This document shows, piece by piece, positions 51,257 to 64,000 of a stretch of DNA of 64,000 nucleotides (position 1 is the stretch's first letter; every line of letters starts with the position of its first letter). The notes beneath the pieces are model-generated. The model saw only the letters and a list, made by a program, of their open reading frames with translations. It did no database searches and had not been told where the DNA came from. This DNA comes from Acanthaster planci. Lineage: Eukaryota. Location: assembly GCF_001949145.1 (NCBI RefSeq), contig NW_019091357.1:1791704-1855703 (forward strand), in the 5' to 3' direction. The translations under genes were made by a program, and so were the position numbers.

Positions 51257-54200
51257 ATGGCGGGAAACAGGTGAGCTGAATTTGTCTATCCTGTTGTCAG
51301 GTCGTAGGATTTTCGAAAAATAACGCTGTATTTTGATCCATCTTTGGTACTTTACCGGAACATATAGACTTTATGTAACGTCATCCCTAGTAGAAAGGCA
51401 AATAAATTTGCTATCTGGGGCCTCATGATTTACAAAAAATTTCAACACTAGTACTAAAAAAAGTAGGCCTAATATTGTAATAGTATTACGGGCCTAGGCT
51501 ACATGTACCTACATATTTAGAAATAGGCCTAAGGCTAAGCCATGATGTAGGCCTAGGCCTACTAGTAGAATTTCTAATTTCTATTTCTAGAATGTCTCGG
51601 CCTACTTCCTGAACGGTAAGGTACTACTCTGTAGACCTTACTGCATCCATCCTTTTGATGGTTCGGTATGCAAGGCCTATGGCCAGTGACGTAGTCGAGT
51701 ACTTTTTGAGAACCAAGTTGAAGTTCTTTACCAAATGTTTAACTAGTTAGGAGGGAACAAAGCTGAAGTACATTGGCATTTGATGGTACATGCATAAAGG
51801 TAAGATGACAAAGCAACATAATGACTTCAGACCATCACTGTTGATTAAAATTAACTTTTTAGGAAAAAAGTACTCGGAAAGTACTCGGCCGAGTACTTTC
51901 TGAGTACCTTTCTCTTTAAAACTTCAATTGTACACAACTGGGAGTGTCTGAAGTCTACCATTTATTTTGTAATCTTACCTTTGCACATTTACCATCAAAT
52001 GCCTGTGCCCTCTGGCTTTATTCCCTCTTACCCAGTTAAGTATTTTGCGGAGAACTTTGGTACTCGGAAAGAACCCGTAGGCGTTACTGAGTACCATCAG
52101 CTTCAACTTGGGGTTAGACCTAAATTGTGAATTCCACTTCCCAAATGTCTGGGTATCTTGGGTATTCTCCCGATCAGATATCCGGGAACTTCTGTACATT
52201 ATTGAATAGGCCTAGTGTGAAGGGTAAAGTTGCCCCTTTGCCCCGTGTTAAATGCTCGTATTGATGTCATGCTGACCGTGGATATCACATGTTTTGTGAT
52301 TGTGTAGGACCTGTGGCATTTATTTGATGACATAGGCCGTACATGGACTACACTCAAGTTTGACTCTTTGTGCACAAACCCAGTGTCAAACCCAGTTGTC
52401 GAAGGAGACATGCCTGAAAGATGCTAGAGAGCCTATTTTCAAAGTGAATCCTTCAATATTTTCCATGCTAAACATGAATTTTAGGACATGTTATCGTTTC
52501 CTTAAAAGTTGCGATGTCCCTGCAAGAGGAACCCTTTCCTTCAGTTTAGCAGAATACTGTGTCAAATATCCACTTCAGATTACACGTTTGTTCAGGGTCA
52601 TGTACGACAAACAATCAGATGATATTTTATTTTGTCTTTTTATTTTGGTCACAATGCAGAACTCTGTCTCAGGTCCAGACCATAGCGGAGCTAGCCAAAC
52701 TTGATCAATCTGACCTAGAGCCGAGGTGCCAGTGTCTCTATTTTGGAGCAGAGCTCAACGCTGCAGACATGGTCCTTATGGAGGTGGAGGACTCCGTATT
52801 GGCATTTTTAGAGAGGGGAAACAGGTAGAAAAGAGAGTTACACGTACAGGAGGCCCTGTGAGAAAAATATTTTCTCTGCAACTGAGCCTGCCCCATTTCT
52901 TGAAGTTCGTTCCTTGGCTCAGAATCAGGATTTTCAATATCATGAACCCATTTCCTTTGCCTTCAGCGTAGTCATCCGGGGCGAGAAGACCGACAGTGCC
53001 GTGCTCTGTCTGGACGCCAAAACCTACGACGTCAAGGACACTGATACGTCAAACACGTTGCTGATTCTGCCAGCCTGCTCCACAACGAACGAATGCAAGG
53101 ACAGCGAGAGACAAATTGTGAATAGACAGGTGAGGGCCCCAAGGTTGTCTTCTCTATTTTTCCTGACAGTTTGGTTTGTAGGGCTAGGTCATGTTTTGCT
53201 TGCTCTAATTAAAGGGATTTTTAAATCCAAGCAACAGGTGCCCCAAATGGATCCAGATGAATTGTTCGTTTCACCTGGCAGATTTTTGAGGGGTAGGCCT
53301 TTCAATCCTCCCATCCAGGTCTGCCAAAAATCATGCATGCAACTTTTCTTCAGATTGGCTGATTCTCTCGTTTTTCACTTCACACTAATGCCATTGAAGT
53401 TGGAGAATGCCATAAAAAGTCTAGTAAAGATTGGAATTTGCTCGTTTTTGTCAAAGTCCAAGTTGCGTGCCTGCAAAATAGGAAAACAGAAAGGAAAAAC
53501 ACTTCAACAGATGCCTGATTAAACCCATTGAATGACGGCTCACCACCCCCCCATGCCAAAGTTAGATCCGCCCCTGGTTTGAGCATAACTGTTTGCGGGC
53601 CTGCCCTTTGGTAGTTGCTTGATGTCCCGATGAACCAAACAATGTTTCGGCCTGAGGAAATTCAGGTAGACTTCCCAGCAGGTGGTTGCATTTTAGGCTG
53701 GTTAGATTCAGCTCATTGCGGAGAGTTGTAAGACCCAAGTCTAGGGGATGTGACTGTAGCCTCAGCCACATCTTAAGTCGTGACCTCTGGTTAGATGCCA
53801 TCAATGCTTGTCAATCTTGCACATCGTTCCCACCATGCAACCCACAAGGTGATCGGTCTGGCCAAGTCTTACTATGAAGTGAAGCCAATGCGGCCCAGGC
53901 TCCGCAAGCTGCGCTCCCTGCTAGAGGAGTGTCCGTACGGTGGGGATGTCTACGAGGAAGAGGCTAGTGGCAAGAGGTACTCCTTGGAGGACATCCTTGA
54001 TGTCATACAGGCTAGCGAGGTGGAGATCAAGGAGGAGCTGAAGACGCAACGAGCGTGTCACATCAATGGTATGCTCTTAGCTGCCGCACATGGGGGTCGT
54101 TTATCACAGCACAAAGCCAGACCCTGTGGAGCTTTTAAGCACAGCACTGTAAGAAAAAATTGCTGAGCGACGTGTCGGTTGCCCCCAGCAAATGCCCTCC

Positions 54201-57200
54201 CCCAGTGCCCACCCCCCCTCATTTCAAATCCATGAACAACGTCTGCTGCAACTGTCATTTGGTGCCCCTTGAAAACAATGCGTACACCCCCGGGTGCCCC
54301 CTGGACATGATAGCCCTAGTTACAGCACTGGGTATTATGCCTATACTCATACACATGCCAATGTCTCTGCTCACGTTAAAGCAGATTATCCCCGTTGTAT
54401 AGAAACGCAAGAATGCAATTGTGGAAAAGCGATAAAATAATCAACTTGAAGTTGAAACAGCAATAATGTAAAAAGTAGCATCCGTAATTGTTTTACAAGT
54501 TGTTACACTTGGAGTGCAGTTATTTTCAAGAAGTAAAGGGACACTCACGTACACTTTGTCCCATTTCCCAGGCTTTTGGAGGATGCTGCATTTCGACTAC
54601 GAGTGCCAGCTTCTTAGTCACATTCTCTCTCTCGTTGAGGAGAATTCCTGGGATTTTCACAGGATCCCACTGAAGGAAACACTGGATACCCTGGAGAACT
54701 TAGAACCAAGGTTTGCAATCCCTATTTCAGTTTTTAGACCAGCGTAACCCTTTCCTTTAATACTATACAAGTGCATTTCTACATAGGTACCTCCCTCTTT
54801 TTACTATAACTTATTATTATTCAACATTGCTGATAAAGAAGACAAGGATTCCTTAAAAGTGCCCAGGCACTTTAATAGTTCGCAAGCCTGCAGACAACTT
54901 ATAGAGAGGAGACAATGAGAAGCAGTTATAGTTTTAGAGGTGGGAGAAACCCCCAAATATTCTGGGTGAAACCCACATCATCAGATGAGGGCTTAAAACC
55001 CAATCCATAGTGGATCAGGCCGGGAATTGAACCCCAGACCACAGAGGTGAAAGGCAAGGAAAGAACCACTTGCCAAGCTGACTTCCCTGCTACTACTCTG
55101 CTACAAAACATCTCAACAGAGGAGATTGTTTGCAGTATCCAGAAGAAGGAGATCAAATTAAAACAAGGGGTCAAGAAAGCGGCATCTCTCAGAGCTAGTG
55201 CAGCCCATCAGGCCTGCTTTTATCTCCACTTTCAGTACCCTGAAATGGCTGAGAGTATTCCTATTCCTCGTAGATGTGGTGTTTGCCCATCACGGGTTAC
55301 CTATACCATTTATTGCCAGTATCCATTCTCCTGGATGGGTGTAAACTGGCTTGCCCAAGGACATAACATCTTTGCCAGCACCTGGATTGGAACCTCTGTT
55401 CCTCTGATTGCAAGTCATGAATCCTAACCACACCCCCCCTCAAGTAAATGTTCGTGGGCTGGTCACATCAGTCCGGCGCGCAGTAGGTGCGACAGCATTG
55501 TAGGCCCCGAGAATCGCTCTAATAATCCATCTTGACATTGTCCACATAGAGCCATTTTGGAGCACACTCTGGAATGCTTCGGAGAGAGACTTCCACGACA
55601 GGACTCTAAAGGTAGGCTCACTCAGTGAAAAATGGAGCGCCCCCCCCCACATATCCCCCCCCTCCATTGAGTCAAAAATAATCCTGTCCACATTTGTGCT
55701 TTGACAGGTGATCATGTGTTTTATTGCCTAAATGAAGACAAGGTCTGCCAAATGTTTGCTGAAATGCTTCTCAGGCCAGCTGAAAAAGTACGTAACCAGT
55801 TCCATCCCTCCCATTTTTTCCCCTCCCCCCCCCCCCCCCCCCCCCCAATCTGTTCCAGCATCCCATCCTCCTCCGAGTGTCAGTGACAGAAATTCTTGCT
55901 AGGTAATTTTCAGATGAGTCCAGTGTTAGCCACTAGCGGGTCTTCTTGTCCGATAGCCTTCTTCTCGGCCATTCTGGACACCCAGTCTTGTTGAGAATGT
56001 GCCTGAAAAAGCGTACCTCGACAACTTCAATGCTGTGCCTGCCATGTCAGGCGAAATTTGGACTTTTTCTTGTAGTCTTAATGCTCACGGAAGCCTTAGC
56101 GATACTGGCACTTTGTTATTGATAGCCAGAGAGTTGTCTCGTTTGTGAGTTTTAACTTACTGTATCTCACTGGATTTTTCCAGTTCAATTTAGCCGAGTT
56201 CTTGTTGTCATGGCAACAGAGCGTGCCAGACGGAATGGCAACAGGGATGCACCAACTCCAGGTAAGCAGAGGGAGCTACCATGGAAGCATCTGATCATTG
56301 CATAGTGCCAGTTCTAAAAAAAACAAGTAGTGTACCCTGTATGTCGTCACCATCAGAGAGAAAAGTGCCCCAAATCGTGATTTTGTCCAATTTCTGGTTT
56401 TCTTAGCAAAATCAGCGAGGCTAACTGCTGCCTAAAAGGAGGTGTAATCATTTTTTTTTTTTACCAAATCTACTCGAATCGGCCAAATCATGATGATCTC
56501 GATGGGCAAAATGCAACTTAACCACATTTACTGTTTTCACAAAGCAAGAAAGTAGTCCTCCATAGCGTTACCATTAAAGGGTAAAACCGTGGGCAAAATG
56601 TGTTATCATTTTTGGTAAAGGCAAAAGTGACTTAAGAAATGTATACAAATGTAACAAACTGCACCTGGCACTCGCCAATATAGACTGTTTTCAATACAAA
56701 CGAGACAAAATGCAAATGAAATCCAACATTTTCAGGAACAAACAAATGTGTTTGTTTACAAAATAAACAATTTAAATTGATTCCCGTCAATATTCTGTGG
56801 TTTTTGTGCATTTAAGATCTTATCTTTCACGTGGTAGTTTTTTTTTTAGTCGATGGAAAGTCAAGTCTTGGGGAAACCTGGATTGTACTCTTTGGATGGA
56901 CTGAGTCTCTTCTTCAACGTCTGTGTCCTTAAAGTCGATTGTAAATGGCTTGTGATGAGAAACCTTGAATAGACATGTAATGGTTGTCAACACCCTCTCT
57001 CCCAGGGCATTGCAATTATTGACAGGAACAGTAAACCCGAGGTCATCTTCCATTTCCCGTTCTCTTTGATGCCTGAGAATGAGGTTGACAGGTACATCTG
57101 AACCTTTTGACCCTTCAAGCAATTATACGTCAGTATTTTAAGTGTTTTCTTTCCACTGGTACTGATTAATCAACTCACAGATAATAAGTCCAAAAAGCTG

Positions 57201-57737
57201 TAACATACCTCCCAAAAAACTCAAATTTGCATATGATTTGATTTCTGTATGTGATTCCAATTATATGTCCTATTGCTTTTGTTGTGTATAATGTTACCTG
57301 TTTGATTACTAAAATGTGGTTCTGGTTTCTGGAGGTTATTAAAACGTGAAAATTGAACACTCTGCTAAACTTTCCATTCATCAAAATTGGCTATTGGGAT
57401 ATTTTCTAAATTTTCTTAGCAATTTTAATACTTGTGTGTGTTTGTTTTCCAGATTTAATTTCTTGTTCAAAACGAGAGACAGGTGGACTCAAGAAGAGAT
57501 TTTACCCTACATCCAGTAAGCAAACTGAGAAATTTGAAAATGCTGCCGATAAGGGAAGTAGGTGTGCGTTTCTTACATGTAGTTGATCGTCTTGTGTGCG
57601 TGTTGTGTTTTTTTGGATATGACAGGGATCTGGTAACGGAGAAGTTATCAGCAGCCGCATTGTTGCAGAAGCATGCAAGAGCCTCAGTGGGAGCCAACGG
57701 TGTCCGAGTGTATAACTCCAAAAGACCCATCAAGTAG
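51257..57737 (+). CDS. DSCC1: Sister chromatid cohesion protein DCC1 (Ctf18-RFC subunit), 393 aa
   Basis: Eleven exons 51257-51270, 52660-52824, 52967-53129, 53849-54068, 54572-54710, 55550-55611, 55708-55787, 56184-56261, 57006-57091, 57453-57515, 57626-57737 (1182 nt, in frame). Motifs VIRGEKTDSAVLC..KTYDVK.TDTSNTLL, RPRLRKLRSLL, FNLAEFLLSWQQSVPDGM, NGVRVYNSKRPIK*. Confidence 0.95.
54925..55087 (-). mobile_element. tRNA-derived SINE in DSCC1 intron 5
   Basis: Minus strand has A-box-like TGGCAAGTGG and B-box GGTTCAATTCC followed by a body shared with 4050-4200. Confidence 0.6.
55195..55432 (-). mobile_element. Second, different SINE remnant
   Basis: Minus-strand tRNA-like head (GTGGTTAGG...GGTTCCAATCC) then GTCCTTGGGCAAG and a body resembling marine-invertebrate SINE cores (from recall). 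Confidence 0.5.
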
Positions 57738-60230
57738 GGTCTTAGAAGGCATCAGCGTGCCCCCCCCCCCCCCGCCTTGGGCTCGTAACGTCGGAAGAGT
57801 GGTAGAGATGCGTCGTCCTGATTGAGTTGCCACGTCCGTGTGGCACTTCCCAGAGACGCCGACACAGTGGGGAATGGTCCATTTTACATCGGGGTGGAAC
57901 ACAACAGGGCAGCAGTATTCTGAGAAGGAGGCCCCAACGGAGCATCGTGAGGCAAAGATGGGAATAGGCACTCTCTTCATACAGACCATGCTCAAAGAAT
58001 TTTGAAGTTTTGGGGAGCTGGCAAGTTTTGGTGCCATTTTGTGCCGTTTTGATTCAGAGAAATCGAAACTGAAAGAGGCTAACTCTAGTGGCAATTTGAA
58101 TCATTCTGTTGCATACCTGGCATTCTTTGTTATGTCAGGGGGGGGGGTTTTATGAGTGATCCAGGTGGGGAAACCATCCGTCATCGTCGGCTCTCTCCTC
58201 AATTCAAAGGTGTTTACTTTCTCCAAAACTCTGAAGTGAATTGGGGTGGAAATTACTGTGTTTGACTTGATTTCTCACCAGTGGTCCCAGGTTTGCGTTT
58301 GCTTATCCATGCGTCAGTTAATATAATGCCCATGTGCTTGAAGTGGAACTCTACAAAGAGAAAGGGGAAAATAAAATATTCGAGATTTAATAATATAACA
58401 AAAGATGACGTCATTGTGACGTCTGTGCACTCGTCCAAATTGGGAGTAGTTATTTATTTAACAGTGTTTCCCTGAAACAAATTGGAATGCTGTATTTCGT
58501 GGGAGTGAAATTTTCCGTCTTAAGTTGTAATTTGTTGTGAAGACAGACTCACTCAGCCAATGCATGTAGTCTTTATATCAGTCTTAAGGAACAAAACACC
58601 GATGGTTGTATTTACATGTATTTAGTTCAAAACCGGTACACCGTGAATAATAAATTGAACTTTTCCAAAACCATTTCAGTTTCGGACCAGTAAATCATTT
58701 GAACATCGTGAAAGCAGACTCTAAACGCTAATTTTCAAATGGAAAAATTTTTGTCATCGAGTACTGAGGATACAGTGCTGTCGCGTTTGTGGTACCACGC
58801 ACACAATTATGTGGACCGCAACGTTTTTGTCATATTGGCACTCCAGGGGGCGTCCTTGATGGCGGTGTATAGAGCAAGAAAGTATTCACTCCGCGAGCTT
58901 CCGGCACCCTCGCGCGGTCCGCCCATGGGGATTTTACATGGGCTGTCCCGTCACGTTTGGTAAATTTTGGAAGAAAGATTCCTAAATGAAATCACCCCAA
59001 TAAACAATCATGTCAGAATTTACCTGTCTCATTAGCATGGTCTTAAGAGCTTTGTGCCACCGAGTTGGATGCTTCACGCTGTGCATACAGTGCATGTTAT
59101 TATAAAGATCACTAATAATTAGGAGGCGCCATTTTAAGTAAGTTGTCAAGTAGGAAAAATTGTCACTTTTTCTCTGGCGTGTAGGTCTACGTTCTTCATC
59201 TTTATAGTTTGGATGGGTAGAAGACGCAAGGTTTATGATGACCTATTCTTGGCTTCGTTATGGGTATACTGTTTGAAAAAAGCGCTCAGAGTCTAAACGC
59301 ATTTCTAGACACTTTTTTGGTATGCTTACTTTTTAAATACGTTTCACGCTCGACATGTTTAGACATTTGCACTGAAATGTGTTTAGGAATGTGGTTAAAT
59401 GCTAAGCGTACACGTATGAAACAAGCGTTGAACATTTCAACCCATTTCTGAACGCCTCACAATAAACATGACATGGATTAGGCGTGTTAAACAAAAGTGG
59501 GTTGAAAAGTGCATGTTTAAACTCTGCAATATTTTACTGAGTGAGCCATGCATTTTTGAAGGACTCGCAGTGACTTTGAAGATACCAAAGGGCGTTGATT
59601 AGAGCCGTCAAGAGTTCTTTCTTCTGGTACGAAAATAGATTTGGTTTTTTATGTGAGATCGATTAGACGTCTTTACATACAGATATGGTGTGGAGGGGCC
59701 TATTTGGTATAGATAGTCAAATAGTTCATTGCGGGCAAACCTTTTCCGTGTTTTTAGGGTTTAAACTGATTTTTGTACTCAGAATTTAAAGCGAATGTGC
59801 CAGTCAGCGCCACCATAGCAGTACAGCTGTATACTGGCGCAGTTGGCCCTTTTAAACGCCTTATTATTGTGTCTAAGGGAATGTTGAGTGTTTCTTTATG
59901 ATGAAAGGGGCTTTCTGTTATGACGCAACTGCACATAACAGGTCTGCATCATGAATATAGCACCTTTGTGTAGGCTGATCCCTGAAGGGATGCACTGTAC
60001 GGGCAATAGATCATACTGTTGATGGTGTTGTCTACCCCAACGGAGTGTTATAGCTTTTCTTTAAAATGCAAATCATGAGACTTTTCGAGTATCAGTAAAC
60101 TCCCACGGCCGCTTGAAGCCTTACGGTATACCAGCAACACTTGCCGTGTGTACACTGTATATGGATTGTGGTGGTTGCCAGTCTAAAATTCCATGCCCAC
60201 GGCGTTTCGAGTCGCGTTTTAATGCTTTGA

Positions 60231-63349
<3,119 letters not shown>

Positions 63350-64000
63350 GTGAGCGGCATGCATCATTGTTGTTCCCGCAGTGGATGGTACCCCCTCATC
63401 CGCGTGTGTGTGCCACCATCCAGCGCCAGAAAGTAACCTTTGAAAACCTGGTAATAAAAGGGCAGCTTGTCTATACAAAAGCTAGAAAATCACTTTGTTT
63501 CATGATCTAAAAAGGTCGCGTAGACGGCGATTGATTCAGAAATTTTCATAGGTTCTGTGTTTTTGGAGACTGTTTTACCGACATCGAAGAGAAACGTATC
63601 CACCTGCACCTGAGAAGTATCATCAAATTTACGTTTCAATTTCCTCTCTCTTCTCTCAGCACCTGAAGCGCGATTATCCGAGGACGTGGAAGTATGACAA
63701 AAACCAGATAATGGTATGTGTCTTTTACGTTGTGAGAACACCTTGTCACTTTTTCATGATTAATTTTTGGCCATGGGGCCTCCAAGGTGTAGTCGGCTTA
63801 AGGGAGTGAACGAGCGCACTGTTCCTCCTCAACGAGCGTCAATTTCAGCTGCCACGGTGGCCACATCAATCGGAGTAAGGTTTTTAATGACCAGTATATT
63901 AAGACGCTAGCTGCAACCACGCACCTAGCTATCTGCATTTTAGTGCGCCCAATGAAAGGGGAGGGCTTGGGTTTGAATCCCAGCGGTTTGCACTACTACA

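Noticed and set aside
52914..53522. 202-aa ORF, the longest in the track
   Set aside because: It is DSCC1 exon 3 (52967-53129) read through into intron.
54990..55087. tRNA gene
   Set aside because: A/B boxes present but no convincing cloverleaf, and followed by a SINE body found elsewhere in the window.

Overview
Eukaryotic, intron-rich animal DNA. An invertebrate deuterostome such as an echinoderm is inferred from protein style and repeats, not proven. Gene order: 3' end of a Src-family kinase (+); intact 7-exon secreted EndoU with two somatomedin-B domains (+); decayed beta-1,4-galactosyltransferase fragment (-); truncated EndoU pseudogene (+); two intact 8-exon B4GALT5/6-like GT7 genes head-to-head as a large inverted duplication, with a captured DEPTOR exon between them; a 5'-only B4GALT pseudogene (-); DEPTOR (-) head-to-head with 11-exon DSCC1 (+); first four coding exons of GALE (+). 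Region 10-43 kb is a tandem and inverted duplication hotspot with MITEs, two confirmed by empty sites in the paralog. Exons were read by hand from GT-AG sites and frame continuity; no searches were run.
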